Part shown: positions 1 through 12,108 of the stretch, piece after piece | Layout: each line of letters begins with the position of its first letter | How positions within the stretch are numbered: position 1 is the first letter of the stretch | Assembly (NCBI GenBank): GCA_050298595.1 | Contig: JBNKUM010000008.1 | Location: 139,017-203,016 of the forward strand | From: Gammaproteobacteria bacterium | GTDB lineage: Bacteria > Pseudomonadota > Gammaproteobacteria > GCA-001735895 | Length of the DNA stretch: 64,000 bases | Direction: 5' to 3' | Translations under genes and position numbers: made by a program | Notes under the pieces: generated by a model | What the model was told of the DNA's origin: nothing | Seen by the model: the letters and a program-made list of their open reading frames with translations, nothing else | Databases searched by the model: none

Positions 1-85
1 GGTGCCGATGGCCGGAGTCGAACCGGCACAGCCTTAGGCCACTACCCCCTCAAGATAGCGTGTCTACCAATTCCACCACATCGGC
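1..85 (-). tRNA. leuU: tRNA-Leu, anticodon GAG; the final A of the 3' CCA is cut off by the window edge
   Basis: The reverse complement reads GCCGATGTGGTGGAATTGGTAGACACGCTATCTTGAGGGGGTAGTGGCCTAAGGCTGTGCCGGTTCGACTCCGGCCATCGGCACC. It has a 7-bp acceptor stem, a D arm, an anticodon loop TTGAGGG (anticodon GAG), a long class II variable arm and a TPsiC arm GGTTCGACTCC. It lies directly downstream of secG, as leuU does in E. coli. Confidence 0.85.
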
Positions 86-95
86 TTGTATATTA

Positions 96-500
96 TTACT
101 CTGAAGGAGGCAGATCTGTTTGAGCTGGCGCAGTGTCAGCAGCCGGATCTTCAACCGTAGGAGGTAAATCTGTGGTTGCCTCAGTCTGTTCCATCATGGG
201 AGCAACCTGTTCAACAGCCTGAGTTTCTACGATGGAGTCAACCAGACTAGTCGGACCTTCTCGATGGCTAGACATATAAGCCAGAGCAAGGCAGGTCAGA
301 AAAAATAATGTCGCCAGAATCGCCGTGCTTTTGGTCAGAAAATTTCCTGAGCCTTTTGCACCGAAAACAGTCGCTGATGCACCACTACCAAACGCAGCAC
401 CGGCATCAGCACCCTTACCATGCTGTAACAGAATAAGGGCAATTAATGAAACAGATAACAATACCTGCGCGATTAGTAATAAAGCATTTAAGTTTTGCAT
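96..500 (-). CDS. secG: preprotein translocase subunit SecG
   Basis: The 134-aa ORF has two hydrophobic helices and the motif LLQHGKGADAGAAFGSGASATVFG typical of SecG. The secG-tRNA-Leu arrangement is conserved. Confidence 0.85.
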   Translation of the reverse strand: MQNLNALLLIAQVLLSVSLIALILLQHGKGADAGAAFGSGASATVFGAKGSGNFLTKSTAILATLFFLTCLALAYMSSHREGPTSLVDSIVETQAVEQVAPMMEQTEATTDLPPTVEDPAADTAPAQTDLPPSE

Positions 501-520
501 AAAACTCTCAAATTAAACAA

Positions 521-1270
521 TCAGGCCGACTTGCCAATAGCAAGAAAATCAGCCGCCTTTAAAGATGCCCCACCGATTAAACCACCATCAATATCGGGCT
601 GAGATAATAAATCTGCCGCATTCGCTGCATTCATACTACCTCCGTATAAAATCTGTACCTTGTTCGCAACATCAGCACTCAAAGCAGCCAGTTTGCTTCG
701 TATAAAAGCATGTACTGCCTGTGCCTGTTCTGGTGAAGCTGTTTTACCGGTACCTATTGCCCATACAGGCTCATAAGCTATAACACATTGGCTAATAGCA
801 TCAATACCCTGTGTATCAATAACTGCATCCAGCTGACGTGAAACAACCTGCTCGGTTACACCCGACTCACGTTCTTCCAGAGTTTCACCAATACATAAAA
901 TCGGGGTCACTCCAGAGGTTACCGCCATCGCAAAACGTCGAGCTACCAGATCATCGCTCTCACCATACAGTGAGCGTCGCTCAGAGTGACCAATTATTGC
1001 ATACTTACAGCCCGCTTCTTTTAACATTGCAGGAGCAAGCTCACCGGTAAAGGCACCACTTTCCTGATCACAGATATTCTGCGAACCCAGACCGATAGCA
1101 GCATCACCAATATGCGATTTCACTTTCATCAGATAGATCGCTGGTGGGCATACCACCATATCTGCATTCGTCACTTCTGCTAAACCTGCCTTAATGCCAT
1201 CCATTAACTCACCAATACTCTCTAGTGAGCCATTCATTTTCCAGTTCCCAGCTATCAGTGTCCGACGCAT
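521..1270 (-). CDS. tpiA: triosephosphate isomerase
   Basis: 249-aa ORF with AGNWKMNG near the N-terminus and the AYEPVWAIGTG and GGASLK motifs of TIM. Confidence 0.9.
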   Translation of the reverse strand: MRRTLIAGNWKMNGSLESIGELMDGIKAGLAEVTNADMVVCPPAIYLMKVKSHIGDAAIGLGSQNICDQESGAFTGELAPAMLKEAGCKYAIIGHSERRSLYGESDDLVARRFAMAVTSGVTPILCIGETLEERESGVTEQVVSRQLDAVIDTQGIDAISQCVIAYEPVWAIGTGKTASPEQAQAVHAFIRSKLAALSADVANKVQILYGGSMNAANAADLLSQPDIDGGLIGGASLKAADFLAIGKSA

Positions 1271-1386
1271 ATCCAGTTCCTCTGTTTAACTATTATTATG
1301 TGTATTAAAAATGGGCGCAAAGGGTACTTGTGTCCGGCCTATAAATCAATGGTTATATACTGGCTTTTAATAAAATATCACCTATT

Positions 1387-2730
1387 TCAGTCTGCTCCAG
1401 CAGATTCCACCACCGCATCAGCGATTCGATGCGCAAGTGACTCTACCTGATCAGCATCCTGCCCCTCAACCATAACCCTGATCAGGGGCTCGGTACCAGA
1501 AGGTCTTAATAGTACTCGGCCCTTACCAGCTAATTCCTGCTCAGCCTTTTCTACAGCTTTTGAAATCAGAGGGAAGTCTCCAGGATTTATTTTCGAGGCA
1601 ATAGGCACATTAACCATACATTGAGGGTATTTGCTCATACCTTGCCGTAATTCGGCCAATGTCTGTTTATTATTCACCATTGACTCGAGAACCTGTAACG
1701 CCGCAATAATGCCATCGCCGGTAGTGGTTTGATTTAGAGATATAATATGCCCGGAAGACTCTCCGCCCAGATACCAGTCATTTGCCTTGAGTTTTTCCAT
1801 CACATATCGATCACCAACATTAGCGCGTTCAAATGGAACTTTGAGTTCTGCCAACGCATGTTCCAGACCCAGATTCGTCATCAGGGTACCAACGACCCCC
1901 CCTTCAAGTTGACCACTCAATTGTTGTTTACGCGCGATAACAAACAGTATTTCGTCACCATCCATGACTTCGCCGCAGGCATCCATCATCATCACCCGGT
2001 CTCCATCACCATCGAAGGCAATACCCAGATCGGCCTGATTTTCCAGCAGCAGTGAACGCATATTCTGCGGATATAGTGCGCCACAATCCTTGTTGATATT
2101 CAAACCATCAGGAGACACGCCCATCTCAATAACTTCTGCGCCTAGTTCGCGGAATATGTGCGGCGCGACATGATAGGTTGCACCATTAGCACAATCTAAT
2201 ACAACCTTCATTCCCCTCAGGGTGGTTCGAAATGGAATCGAGTTTTTGCAAAATTCAATATAGCGACTTCTGGAATCCTCCATCCGATAAACCTTACCCA
2301 AATCCTTGGATTCCACCATCAGCATGGGCTGATCCATCATATCTTCTATTTCATGCTCCACCGAATCGGGTAACTTATAGCCATCTCCGCTAAAGAATTT
2401 AATTCCATCATCGTAGTAAGGGTTATGCGATGCACTAATCACGATACCTGCAGTGGCACGCTGCGCCTGAGTCATATAAGCAACTGCCGGTGTCGGCATA
2501 GGCCCCATCAAGGTTACATCCAGTCCGGCTGCCGCCAGACCTGCTTCCAGCGAAGCCTCAAAAATATAGCCTGATATCCGGGTATCCTTGCCGATTACCA
2601 CATGGCCTTCACCCTGCTTGCCAAGCACCTTACCAGCAGCCCAACCCAGCTTCATAATAAAATCAGCCGTCATAGGTTCCTGACCTACACGACCACGAAT
2701 GCCATCCGTTCCAAAAAATTTACGCGCCAT
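1387..2730 (-). CDS. glmM: phosphoglucosamine mutase
   Basis: 447-aa ORF with FGTDGIRG at the N-terminus, the phosphoserine loop SASHNP and the GGESSGH motif. Its position between folP and tpiA fits. Confidence 0.9.
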   Translation of the reverse strand: MARKFFGTDGIRGRVGQEPMTADFIMKLGWAAGKVLGKQGEGHVVIGKDTRISGYIFEASLEAGLAAAGLDVTLMGPMPTPAVAYMTQAQRATAGIVISASHNPYYDDGIKFFSGDGYKLPDSVEHEIEDMMDQPMLMVESKDLGKVYRMEDSRSRYIEFCKNSIPFRTTLRGMKVVLDCANGATYHVAPHIFRELGAEVIEMGVSPDGLNINKDCGALYPQNMRSLLLENQADLGIAFDGDGDRVMMMDACGEVMDGDEILFVIARKQQLSGQLEGGVVGTLMTNLGLEHALAELKVPFERANVGDRYVMEKLKANDWYLGGESSGHIISLNQTTTGDGIIAALQVLESMVNNKQTLAELRQGMSKYPQCMVNVPIASKINPGDFPLISKAVEKAEQELAGKGRVLLRPSGTEPLIRVMVEGQDADQVESLAHRIADAVVESAGAD

Positions 2731-2738
2731 CTTAATCC

Positions 2739-3572
2739 TCAGTATTCTATAGCTGTCTGCTTAAGTGTCTGCACTATAGCCAATGCCTGTCGGGTTTCTG
2801 TGACATCGTGCACACGGATAATATGCGCGCCAAGCATGGCACTGATCACTGCCGCAGAGACACTGCCATACACCCTTTCATCAACAGGTTTATCTAGCAC
2901 CAGTCCGACCATGCTTTTACGCGACAAGCCCACCAGCAAGGGGTAACCCATCTCGACAAACTCTGGCAACGCTTTCAGTAATTGATAATTTTGATCCAGA
3001 GTTTTACCAAATCCAAACCCGGGATCAATGATTAAGTTTTGTTTTTTTATACCTGCTGCCTGAGCGGCAAATAATCGATCGTGCAGAAAACGCTTAACCT
3101 CTTTGAGCACCGACTCATACTCAGGGTTTTGCTGCATATTATCGGGACTGCCCTGCATATGCATCAAACAAACAGGTAATCCAGAGTCGGCCGCAGCCTG
3201 CATAGCACCCTCGCGACGTAAGGCCCACACATCATTGATCATATTTACCCCAGCAGCACTAGCTACACGCATTACCTCGGCTTTGCTGGTATCAATTGAA
3301 ATAGGTATGTCTGAAAATGCACGAATACTTTCAATAAGCGGGATAGTGCGACTGATTTCCTCATCCACCGAAACATCTGCTGCGCCAGGACGCGTTGACT
3401 CACCGCCTATATCGAGAATATCCGCCCCCTCGTCAATCAGCCTGCGCGCCTGCTCTAGCGCTTTATCATGGCTAAGGAAATGCCCGCCATCGGAAAACGA
3501 ATCCGGTGTTGTATTGATAATACCCATGACTGACAGGGCTTTTAAATCGAGGATAGATGATTTGCTGAACAT
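2739..3572 (-). CDS. folP: dihydropteroate synthase
   Basis: 277-aa ORF with the [14 protein letters not shown] and [10 protein letters not shown] pterin-binding motifs. It lies downstream of ftsH as in E. coli. Confidence 0.9.
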   Translation of the reverse strand: MFSKSSILDLKALSVMGIINTTPDSFSDGGHFLSHDKALEQARRLIDEGADILDIGGESTRPGAADVSVDEEISRTIPLIESIRAFSDIPISIDTSKAEVMRVASAAGVNMINDVWALRREGAMQAAADSGLPVCLMHMQGSPDNMQQNPEYESVLKEVKRFLHDRLFAAQAAGIKKQNLIIDPGFGFGKTLDQNYQLLKALPEFVEMGYPLLVGLSRKSMVGLVLDKPVDERVYGSVSAAVISAMLGAHIIRVHDVTETRQALAIVQTLKQTAIEY

Positions 3573-3658
3573 TGAATTAAGGCTGAGATTGAATTGATTA
3601 CGCCTAATTTTAAACCACTAAAAAAGATGGCGTAAGTAGTTATTTGCAGTGCAATTGA

Positions 3659-3683
3659 AGAAGGCCGGTCACCCGGCCTTCAT
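3659..3683 (-). terminator. weak hairpin (GAAGGCCGG-TCAC-CCGGCCTTC) just 3' of ftsH; possible partial terminator or attenuator before folP
   Basis: A perfect 9-bp GC-rich stem 8 nt after the ftsH stop. The following U-tract on the minus strand is poor. Confidence 0.3.
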
Positions 3684-3690
3684 TTAAGTC

Positions 3691-5628
3691 TTAATGCAAA
3701 CTTGCTGGATCAGATAAATCCGCTTTTTTCTTATCCTTTGATTCAGCCTTGGTAGCACCCGCACCACCACTATCGGAAGGATCATCCGAGCCATTGCTGG
3801 TCCAGTCCTCTGGAGGACCTGGCACATGGCCTTGCATAATGGCATCGATCTGACTGACATCAATAGTTTCATACTTCATCAAAGCATCCGCCATCAAATG
3901 AAGCTTATCTTCATTTTCTGTCAGGATTTTCAATGAACGCTCGTAGTTTCGATCAATAATGCCGCGAATCTCAGAATCTATCGCCTGAGCAGTTTCATCC
4001 GAAACCATTTTATTTTTGGTGACAGACTTACCCAGAAAGACCTCTCCCTCTTCCTCAATATAGGTCAATGGACCCATACGATCTGAAAGCCCCCATTTGG
4101 TCACCATATTCCGCGCCAGGCTGGTAGCACGTTCAATATCATTGGAAGCACCTGTGGTGACAGCATCTGCACCAAAGATTATTTGCTCGGCAATACGCCC
4201 ACCGAACAGACTGGAAATATTACTTTCCAGATGTTGTCGACTAGCACTATAACGGTCATCCTCTGGCAGGAACATAGTCACACCCAGAGCACGTCCACGC
4301 GGAATGATTGACACCTTGTATACAGGATCGTGATCCGGCACCAGACGTCCGACAATAGCATGCCCAGCTTCATGATAAGCGGTCAGCTTTTTCTCATCTT
4401 CTTTCATGATCATAGACTTGCGCTCAGCACCCATCATGATCTTATCCTTAGCACGTTCAAATTCGGCCATGCTAACAAGTTTTTTATTGCCACGTGCAGC
4501 AAACAGTGCGGCTTCATTCACCAGATTGGCTAGATCAGCACCAGAAAATCCAGGGGTACCACGCGCAATCACCATCGCATCAACATTGTCTGCAGCAGGA
4601 ACTTTACGCATATGAACCTTCAGGATATGAGCACGACCACGAACATCCGGTAATGGCACCACGACCTGACGATCAAATCGACCTGGACGAAGTAGCGCAG
4701 GATCTAGCACATCAGGACGGTTAGTTGCGGCAATTACAATAACACCTTCGTTGCCTTCAAAACCATCCATCTCAACCAGTAACTGGTTCAGGGTTTGCTC
4801 GCGCTCATCGTGACCACCACCCAGGCCAGCGCCACGATGACGACCAACCGCATCAATTTCATCGATGAAGATAATGCAGGGACTATGCTTCTTGGCCTGT
4901 TCAAACATATCACGAACACGTGATGCACCGACACCAACAAACATTTCCACAAAATCGGAACCGGAGATAGTAAAGAAAGGTACCTTGGCCTCACCTGCAA
5001 TCGCTTTTGCTAACAGAGTTTTACCAGTACCGGGTGAGCCCACCATTAATACGCCGCGAGGAATCTTGCCACCCAGCTTCTGGAATTTGGCTGGGTCGCT
5101 TAGGAATTCAACCAGTTCAGCCACATCTTCTTTGGCTTCATCAACACCGGCCACATCATTAAAGGTTACATTAACCTGATCTTCACCCAATAAACGGGCT
5201 TTGGATTTGCCAAAAGACATAGCACCACGACCGCCACCACCGCCCTGCATCTGGCGCATGAAGAAAATCCATAAACCGATCAGAATAATAAATGGGAACC
5301 AGCTAATAAACATATGAGCCAGCAAGGAAGGCTGTTCGGGTGGCTTGGACATAATCTGTACGCCAGCCTTCTCAAGATCACCTATGAGTGGAGAGTTATT
5401 AGTTTCTGGACTATAGGTCGAAAAAGTAGCCCCACTGATCAATTTTCCGTTGATCTGCTGCCCTTCGATCAACACCTCACTAATCTGCCCGGCACGAACC
5501 TGAGACAGAAATTCGGAATAGATCATATTTCTACCGGATGTACTGCGGTCACCAAAATTCTGAAACACTGATAACAGAACTACCGCGATCACAACCCATA
5601 GGATTAAATTCTTTGCTACGTCATTCAC
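3691..5628 (-). CDS. ftsH: ATP-dependent zinc metalloprotease FtsH
   Basis: 645-aa ORF with two N-terminal TM segments, Walker A GPPGTGKT, an SRH region and the HEAGH zinc site. Confidence 0.95.
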   Translation of the reverse strand: MNDVAKNLILWVVIAVVLLSVFQNFGDRSTSGRNMIYSEFLSQVRAGQISEVLIEGQQINGKLISGATFSTYSPETNNSPLIGDLEKAGVQIMSKPPEQPSLLAHMFISWFPFIILIGLWIFFMRQMQGGGGGRGAMSFGKSKARLLGEDQVNVTFNDVAGVDEAKEDVAELVEFLSDPAKFQKLGGKIPRGVLMVGSPGTGKTLLAKAIAGEAKVPFFTISGSDFVEMFVGVGASRVRDMFEQAKKHSPCIIFIDEIDAVGRHRGAGLGGGHDEREQTLNQLLVEMDGFEGNEGVIVIAATNRPDVLDPALLRPGRFDRQVVVPLPDVRGRAHILKVHMRKVPAADNVDAMVIARGTPGFSGADLANLVNEAALFAARGNKKLVSMAEFERAKDKIMMGAERKSMIMKEDEKKLTAYHEAGHAIVGRLVPDHDPVYKVSIIPRGRALGVTMFLPEDDRYSASRQHLESNISSLFGGRIAEQIIFGADAVTTGASNDIERATSLARNMVTKWGLSDRMGPLTYIEEEGEVFLGKSVTKNKMVSDETAQAIDSEIRGIIDRNYERSLKILTENEDKLHLMADALMKYETIDVSQIDAIMQGHVPGPPEDWTSNGSDDPSDSGGAGATKAESKDKKKADLSDPASLH

Positions 5629-5730
5629 GTTGTTTTCCTATCGTAATCGATACTTTATTTAAACAATCAACTGTATTCTGGCACACAAGACCAATTGAAT
5701 ACAGTTATTATAAGCTATCTAAACTATAGC

Positions 5731-6348
5731 CTATTTCAATCCCTGGCACACAGCGTATACTTCTGGAGAGCGAGGTCTGGAAGCTTTTGGCTTGCGAAAC
5801 TTAACTACTTTAAAAGCTTTACGGAACTCTCTGACCATTTCATCGAAGCCCTCACCCTGAAATATTTTGACAGCAAAAGATCCTTTTTTATCCATAACCT
5901 GCAGAGTGAGATCAAAGGCCAGTTCAACAAGATACATCGATTTTGGCTGATCAACTGTCTCAATACCACTAATATTGGGGGCCATGTCCGATAATACAAG
6001 ATCAACTTTTGCGTTATCTACCTGACCCAGTATCTCTTCAAGTACCGATTGTTCAGTAAAATCACCTTCTATGATGACTGCATCGGCAACCGGGTCCATA
6101 GGAAGTATATCTACCGCAATCAAACGCCCTTTATCCCCACAGAACTGACTGGCATATTCAGTCCAGCCTCCAGGAGCCGCCCCCAGATCAATCACAAACT
6201 GGCCTGGCTTGAGTAAACGATCTTTTTCCTGCAGCTCCATTAACTTATACACTGCGCGCGAACGGTAGCCCTCACGACGCGCCTTTTGCACGTAAGGATC
6301 AGCATGATGTTCCTGCAACCAGCGTTGACTACTTTTAGATCGACTCAT
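5731..6348 (-). CDS. rlmE: 23S rRNA (U2552) 2'-O-methyltransferase RlmE/FtsJ
   Basis: 205-aa ORF with RSRAAYKL and the DLGAAPGGW SAM-binding motif. Conserved position upstream of ftsH. Confidence 0.9.
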   Translation of the reverse strand: MSRSKSSQRWLQEHHADPYVQKARREGYRSRAVYKLMELQEKDRLLKPGQFVIDLGAAPGGWTEYASQFCGDKGRLIAVDILPMDPVADAVIIEGDFTEQSVLEEILGQVDNAKVDLVLSDMAPNISGIETVDQPKSMYLVELAFDLTLQVMDKKGSFAVKIFQGEGFDEMVREFRKAFKVVKFRKPKASRPRSPEVYAVCQGLK

Positions 6349-6417
6349 CTAGATACTCGTTTGAAAAAACCTATGTTACAATCCGCGCCCTTTTAGCACA
6401 TGAACTGCGAGCCACCC

Positions 6418-6747
6418 ATGCCACTTTCCAATGCTCAGATTCGAACCCTGCGTTCTGAAGCCCATCGCTTAATGCTGAAACCGGTTGTTATGATTGGACA
6501 AAATGGGTTAAGCGAAAACGTAGTTATTGAATTGCAACAGGCACTCGAACACCACGAATTAATCAAGGTTCGCATTCCCGCCGCGGAAAAAAACGAAAAA
6601 TCAGCGATGATTGAAGCTATTTGCCAGCAACAACAGGCGGACCTGATTCAAAGTATCGGCCATGTGGTCGTAATTTACAAACTCAACCCCAAGATTGGTC
6701 GATTCAAGAAATTACTTGCCAGCAAAAAGCAGTCAGCTACAGACTAG
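6418..6747 (+). CDS. yhbY: YhbY/CRS1-type RNA-binding protein; start probably at the internal Met (MPLSNAQ)
   Basis: Matches E. coli YhbY across [34 protein letters not shown]. It is divergent from rlmE as in E. coli. The ORF track begins 18 nt earlier at 6400. Confidence 0.75.
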   Translation: MPLSNAQIRTLRSEAHRLMLKPVVMIGQNGLSENVVIELQQALEHHELIKVRIPAAEKNEKSAMIEAICQQQQADLIQSIGHVVVIYKLNPKIGRFKKLLASKKQSATD

Positions 6748-7220
6748 CGGTAATGCACCGCAGTAATTTCGTACTCCTTATCACCACCTGGTGCCTGTAC
6801 CGTAATATCTTCCCCCTCTTCCTTGCCAATTAGAGCTCTTGCAATAGGAGAGCTGATTGCGATTCGATTGTGATTGATATCTGCTTCAACATCACCAACA
6901 ATCTGGTAGGAAACCTCTTCTTCAGTTTCAACATTAATTAAATCGACGGTACAGCCAAATACTACTCGGCCAGTTTGTGGAAGCTTGGTAACATCAATGA
7001 CCCGCCCATTGGACAGCACCGACTCAAGCTCCTTGATTCGACCTTCGATAAAACCCTGTTGCTCACGCGCCGCATGGTATTCTGCATTTTCTTTCAGATC
7101 ACCATGTTCACGAGCTACTGCAATAGCTTCGATAACCTCTGGACGTTTTACCGATTTAAGTTCTTTTAATTCCAGTCTCAGGCGTTCAGCGCCGGAAACA
7201 GTCAAAGGAGTCTGACTCAT
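6744..7220 (-). CDS. greA: transcription elongation factor GreA
   Basis: 158-aa ORF with an N-terminal coiled coil and a C-terminal FKBP-like domain. Conserved position next to carB. Confidence 0.9.
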   Translation of the reverse strand: MSQTPLTVSGAERLRLELKELKSVKRPEVIEAIAVAREHGDLKENAEYHAAREQQGFIEGRIKELESVLSNGRVIDVTKLPQTGRVVFGCTVDLINVETEEEVSYQIVGDVEADINHNRIAISSPIARALIGKEEGEDITVQAPGGDKEYEITAVHYR

Positions 7221-7265
7221 AGTTTACCCATTTATTAATTTCTTCAAAAAGTATGCTGATACAGT

Positions 7266-10200
7266 TCAGGAATGCAAACCTTGCAAACTGTACACTTCTT
7301 TAACCTTGCGATGATCCATCGCCATACAGGTGGCTAAGCCACCCGCCAATGTGGTGGTATAGGTCACACCCTGCATCAGGGCTTCACGCCGGATGGCGTA
7401 GGAATCTGCGATAGCTGCACGACCTTCAGTGGTATTCACAATCATATCAATTTCAAAATTCTTAATCATATCAACAATATGTGGACGACCTTCTTTCACC
7501 TTATTGACCTGCTGACAGGGGATTCCAGCCTGCTGAATCGTTCTTGCAGTGCCACCGGTTGCAACCAGCTCAAACCCTTTGCTGACAAGATCCGCCGCCA
7601 GCTTATGTACGGCCGGTTTATCATGATCGCGCACACTGAGAAAAACTTTCCCTCTTTCAGGCAACATAGTTCCTGCTGCCAGCAGGCCTTTGGCAAAGGC
7701 TTCGGCAAACGTCTTACCTATACCCATAACCTCGCCAGTAGACTTCATTTCAGGCCCCAGAATCGGATCAACACCCTGAAATTTTGCAAATGGGAAAACG
7801 GATTCTTTTACTGCAACAAAATTCGGTATTACCTGTTTAGAGTAGCCCTGTGACTTCAACGTTTGCCCTGCCATGCAACGGGCAGCTACCTTGGCAAGAG
7901 GCACTCCGGTTGCTTTCGAAACAAAGGGCACAGTACGCGAAGCGCGAGGATTGACTTCCAGAATATAAATATCGCTGCCCTTGATAGCAAACTGGGTATT
8001 CATAAGACCAACAACATTCAACGCCTTCGCCATCGCCTCGACCTGAACACAAAGTTCCTGCTGAATCTCAGCGGATAAGGTATAGGGTGGCAATGAACAC
8101 GCTGAGTCGCCTGAATGCACACCAGCCTGCTCGATATGTTCCATCAAACCACCGATAAACACATCCTGTCCATCGCATACGGCATCTACATCAACCTCTA
8201 CCGCATCATCCAGAAATCGATCCAGTAACACCGGTGAGTCCTTGGTGACCTTAACGGCTTCGGTCATATAGCGAGCCAGATCTTCCTGATCGTATACGAT
8301 TTCCATTGCGCGACCACCCAGTACATAGGAAGGACGCACTACCAGTGGGAAACCCACCTCTTCTGCCAATGCTGCTGAAGATGCGACATCAAAAGCGATG
8401 CGATTGGGTGGCTGACGTAATTTCAAACCGTGAATCATCTGCTGGAACCTTTCACGATCCTCTGCCAGATCAATAGAGTCTGGAGTGGTACCTATAATCG
8501 GCACACCTGCAGCTTCCAATGAGCGCGCCAGATTCAGCGGGGTTTGTCCTCCAAACTGTACAATCACGCCTTTAGGCTGTTCCAGATGGATGATTTCCAT
8601 AACATCTTCAAGCGTCAACGGTTCAAAATAGAGCCGATCGGAAGTGTCATAATCGGTAGATACGGTTTCTGGATTACAGTTGACCATGATGGTTTCATAG
8701 CCATCTTCACGCATTGCCATGGCCGCATGCACACAACAATAATCAAATTCTATGCCCTGGCCAATACGGTTTGGCCCACCACCCAGAACCACAATTTTAT
8801 CGCGACTTGTAGCTTCGGCTTCGCATTCCATTTCATAGCTTGAGTATAAATAAGCGGTAGAGGATGCAAACTCAGCGGCACAGGTATCTACGCGCTTATA
8901 CACCGGGCGAATATTTAAATCGCGACGAGCTGTTGAAACGGCCAGCTCATCGGCATTCAGCAACTCGGCCAGTCTTCTGTCAGCAAACCCTTTACGCTTA
9001 AGCTGGAAGAATTCATCCGCAGTAATGGATTCGAGAGCACGGCCTTTCAGGGATTGCTCGATACTGACCAGTTGTTCTATTTGTACCAGAAACCAGGGAT
9101 CGATTGCAGACATATCAAAAATCTGCTGGACGCTATAACCCGATCTAAATGCATCTGCTACATACCAGATGCGATTTGCGCCTGGTAACCTGAGCTCAGT
9201 GCGATATAACTCTTCTTGCTGCTCGGCGGACAATTCGTCCTGCTTGACGATTTCTTCCAGGCCGAAAATGCCAATCTCCAGACCGCGTAGTGCCTTCTGG
9301 AAAGACTCCTGAAAACTGCGCCCAATTGCCATCACTTCGCCCACCGATTTCATCTGGGTACCCAGACGATCATCCGCCTGCGAGAATTTCTCGAAGGTAA
9401 AACGAGGGATTTTGGTTACGACATAATCGATAGAGGGTTCAAAAGATGCAGGAGTGGCACCACCGGTAATATCATTCTGAAGCTCATCCAGTGTATAACC
9501 TGCAGCCAGCTTGGCGGCCACTTTAGCGATTGGGAAACCCGTCGCTTTGGAAGCCAGCGCTGATGAGCGTGACACCCGTGGATTCATTTCAATGATGATC
9601 ATTTCACCATTTTCCGGATTGATCGCAAACTGCACGTTTGAACCACCGGTTTCCACACCAATCTTACGCAGCACCGCCAGCGAGGCATCACGCATGATTT
9701 GATATTCTTTATCGGTCAGGGTTTGAGCAGGCGCAACGGTTATCGAATCGCCGGTATGTACTCCCATCGGGTCTAGATTTTCTATCGAACAGATAATGAT
9801 GCAATTATCATTTTTATCACGCACCACTTCCATTTCGTATTCTTTCCAGCCAAGTACCGATTTTTCTATCAGAACCTCGCTGGTAGGGGAAAGATCCAGA
9901 CCGCGCTTGATAATATCTTCAAACTCATCACGATTATAGGCAATTCCGCCACCACTGCCGCCCATAGTAAAAGAGGGACGAATAATGACGGGGAAACCAA
10001 TCTGGGGGTGACCCTGCCAGGCTTCTTCCAGACTATGCGCAATAAATGATTTTGGTGTATTAAGCCCAATTTCAGCCATCGCCTTTCTAAACTGGTCACG
10101 ATCTTCTGCCATATCAATGGCTTCCCGGCTGGCGCCAATCATTTCTACGCCATGCTTTTCCAGAACGCCTTCGCGCACCAGATCCAGTGCGCAGTTGAGT

Positions 10201-10484
10201 GCTGTCTGTCCACCCATCGTTGGCAGCAGAGCATCAGGCTTTTCTTTTTCGATGATCTTTTCCACTGCCGTCCAGTGAATCGGTTCGATATAAACCGCAT
10301 CCGCTGTATCCGGATCGGTCATGATGGTGGCGGGGTTGGAATTGATCAGAATAACTCTAAAGCCTTCTTCCTTTAAAGCCTTACAGGCCTGAGCACCAGA
10401 ATAATCAAATTCGCAGGCCTGCCCGATAACAATAGGACCTGCCCCTATGATCAGAATGCTTTGAATATCTTGTCTACGTGGCAT
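7266..10484 (-). CDS. carB: carbamoyl-phosphate synthase large subunit
   Basis: 1072-aa ORF with duplicated ATP-grasp halves and an MGS-like C-terminal domain. Begins [30 protein letters not shown]. Confidence 0.95.
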   Translation of the reverse strand: MPRRQDIQSILIIGAGPIVIGQACEFDYSGAQACKALKEEGFRVILINSNPATIMTDPDTADAVYIEPIHWTAVEKIIEKEKPDALLPTMGGQTALNCALDLVREGVLEKHGVEMIGASREAIDMAEDRDQFRKAMAEIGLNTPKSFIAHSLEEAWQGHPQIGFPVIIRPSFTMGGSGGGIAYNRDEFEDIIKRGLDLSPTSEVLIEKSVLGWKEYEMEVVRDKNDNCIIICSIENLDPMGVHTGDSITVAPAQTLTDKEYQIMRDASLAVLRKIGVETGGSNVQFAINPENGEMIIIEMNPRVSRSSALASKATGFPIAKVAAKLAAGYTLDELQNDITGGATPASFEPSIDYVVTKIPRFTFEKFSQADDRLGTQMKSVGEVMAIGRSFQESFQKALRGLEIGIFGLEEIVKQDELSAEQQEELYRTELRLPGANRIWYVADAFRSGYSVQQIFDMSAIDPWFLVQIEQLVSIEQSLKGRALESITADEFFQLKRKGFADRRLAELLNADELAVSTARRDLNIRPVYKRVDTCAAEFASSTAYLYSSYEMECEAEATSRDKIVVLGGGPNRIGQGIEFDYCCVHAAMAMREDGYETIMVNCNPETVSTDYDTSDRLYFEPLTLEDVMEIIHLEQPKGVIVQFGGQTPLNLARSLEAAGVPIIGTTPDSIDLAEDRERFQQMIHGLKLRQPPNRIAFDVASSAALAEEVGFPLVVRPSYVLGGRAMEIVYDQEDLARYMTEAVKVTKDSPVLLDRFLDDAVEVDVDAVCDGQDVFIGGLMEHIEQAGVHSGDSACSLPPYTLSAEIQQELCVQVEAMAKALNVVGLMNTQFAIKGSDIYILEVNPRASRTVPFVSKATGVPLAKVAARCMAGQTLKSQGYSKQVIPNFVAVKESVFPFAKFQGVDPILGPEMKSTGEVMGIGKTFAEAFAKGLLAAGTMLPERGKVFLSVRDHDKPAVHKLAADLVSKGFELVATGGTARTIQQAGIPCQQVNKVKEGRPHIVDMIKNFEIDMIVNTTEGRAAIADSYAIRREALMQGVTYTTTLAGGLATCMAMDHRKVKEVYSLQGLHS

Positions 10485-11626
10485 CAGGCTTGCCCTCCCT
10501 GTGCTTTAAGCTCTATTAGCTCAAAGAAATGATCGAATAAGGGAGACACATCATGCGGGCCAGGACTGGCTTCAGGATGCCCCTGAAAACTAAAAGCTGG
10601 CTTATCGGTGCGATGGACAGCCTGTAGTGAGCCATCGAATAAGGAGCGATGGGTTGCTTTTAAATTTGCAGGTAAGCTTTCTTCATCTACAGCAAACCCA
10701 TGGTTCTGACTGGTAATCATCACCACGCCAGACGCCAGATCCTGCACAGGATGGTTAGCACCATGATGACCGAACTTCATTTTCACCGTTTTGGCTCCAC
10801 TGGCTAATGACAATAATTGATGCCCCAGACAGATACCGAAAATAGGTATTTCTGTCTGTAAAAACTGCTGGATAGCTTCTATCGCATAATCGCAGGGCTC
10901 TGGATCACCTGGGCCATTGGATAGAAAAATGCCATCTGGCTGCATTGCCAGAACATCTGTTGCTGGGGTTTGTGCGGGTACCACGGTGACACGAGCACCA
11001 CGTTCGCAGAGCATGCGTAAGATATTCTTCTTTACACCATAATCGTAAGCGACCACATGATAAGGGGTAGATTCAGCCTGCTGATGTCCCTCAGTCAAAG
11101 ACCAGACAGTTTCTGTCCATGGATATTGTTGCTGGGTTGTGACTTCTTTTGCCAGATCCATTCCCGCCAGACCTGGAAAATCTTGTGCTGCTGCAATAGC
11201 CTGAGCTTCATCTATATCTTCGCCCGCCATAATGGCACCATTTTGCGCACCCTTTTCTCTTAACAGTCGGGTTAACTGTCTGGTATCGATATCTGCAATG
11301 GCTACAACATTGTTTTGTTTGAGATAATCTCCCAAAGACATTTCGCTGCGCCAGTTACTCGCCAAAAGCGGTAAATCTCGAATCACCAGGCCACTGGCGT
11401 GGATTTGATCGGCCTCTTCATCTTCACGAGTTACCCCGGTATTACCGATATGTGGATAGGTTAAAGTAATTATCTGGCGAGCATAGGATGGATCGGTCAA
11501 AATTTCCTGATATCCAGTCATCGAGGTATTGAAAACCACCTCCCCCTGGGTCAGACCATTTGATCCAATCGCTATACCCTTAAAGATGGTTCCATCTTGC
11601 AGGGCGAGTATGGCAGGTACCGTCAC
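10484..11626 (-). CDS. carA: carbamoyl-phosphate synthase small subunit (glutaminase); GTG start preceded by a GGAG Shine-Dalgarno
   Basis: 380-aa ORF with the class I glutamine amidotransferase triad context GICLGHQLL. Its stop overlaps the carB start by 1 nt. Confidence 0.9.
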   Translation of the reverse strand: MTVPAILALQDGTIFKGIAIGSNGLTQGEVVFNTSMTGYQEILTDPSYARQIITLTYPHIGNTGVTREDEEADQIHASGLVIRDLPLLASNWRSEMSLGDYLKQNNVVAIADIDTRQLTRLLREKGAQNGAIMAGEDIDEAQAIAAAQDFPGLAGMDLAKEVTTQQQYPWTETVWSLTEGHQQAESTPYHVVAYDYGVKKNILRMLCERGARVTVVPAQTPATDVLAMQPDGIFLSNGPGDPEPCDYAIEAIQQFLQTEIPIFGICLGHQLLSLASGAKTVKMKFGHHGANHPVQDLASGVVMITSQNHGFAVDEESLPANLKATHRSLFDGSLQAVHRTDKPAFSFQGHPEASPGPHDVSPLFDHFFELIELKAQGGQA

Positions 11627-11828
11627 AATTTCTCCGCTGTTAAATTAATGACCCAGACTGAAATGGGCGCGCACAAAAATGGGATGAGCCACTGGTTCAC
11701 CCCACTTACTGAAAAATTTTATTGAGATAATACTGAGGAAACAGCATTTTCCTGAGTGCGTATTCTAGGGTATAACCCCCAGGAGTGTCTATGAATGAAT
11801 GGATTTTATGCAAATCTTGTCACTCTTA

Positions 11829-12069
11829 AACCTAGAATCCGCAGTTGGACGATCGGAAGTGTGCGTTTGCGGTGGTGTAGATCAAGGCGTGACGACGCGG
11901 AATAGCGGGCTATTCCAGGGAGTTACAACGCAGAGATACACCGCCGCAAACGTGCAATTCAGCTCGTAGCGGGATTCGCCTGTTGGGTGAAACAGATAAA
12001 TCGAGTTTAATGGTTTACGAAACAGAGGGTTACACTTTAATGCGAGCGGTTAACTGCGGAATCTAGGTT
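11829..12069. repeat. nested inverted-repeat structured element of about 240 bp (candidate structured RNA or MITE-like repeat)
   Basis: Outer arms AACCTAGAATCCGCAGTT (11829-11846) and AACTGCGGAATCTAGGTT (12052-12069) match 17 of 18 as reverse complements. Inner arms are 11861-11879 and 11937-11956. A central hairpin GGAATAGC-GGG-CTATTCC sits at 11899-11916. Confidence 0.5.
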
Positions 12070-12108
12070 AAAAGTAACTCCCCTGAATAGTAAGCGAAAA
12101 AATTAGAG

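Noticed and set aside
1-90. Genomic island integrated at the tRNA-Leu gene
   Set aside because: The tRNA 3' end lies at the window edge and is followed directly by secG in the conserved arrangement. There is no integrase, no direct repeat of the tRNA 3' end and no compositional shift.
325-516. Many 60-130 aa ORFs on the opposite strand of long conserved genes (for example 325-516, 838-1050, 1747-2055, 4330-4724, 7479-7853, 14250-14630, 22405-22674, 29365-29643, 32891-33088, 38675-38980, 60434-60859)
   Set aside because: They lie entirely inside well-supported genes on the other strand and have no recognisable motifs or start contexts. They are classic shadow ORFs.
3684-3872. 62-aa ORF overlapping the 3' end of ftsH in another frame
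   Set aside because: Same strand, alternative frame inside a highly conserved gene. It has no features of a real protein.
11760-11830. ARG-box-like TGAAT repeats (TATGAATGAATGGATTTTATG) upstream of carA
   Set aside because: Only a loose resemblance to the TNTGAATWWWWATTCANW consensus. It cannot be supported without a matrix scan, so it is not called.
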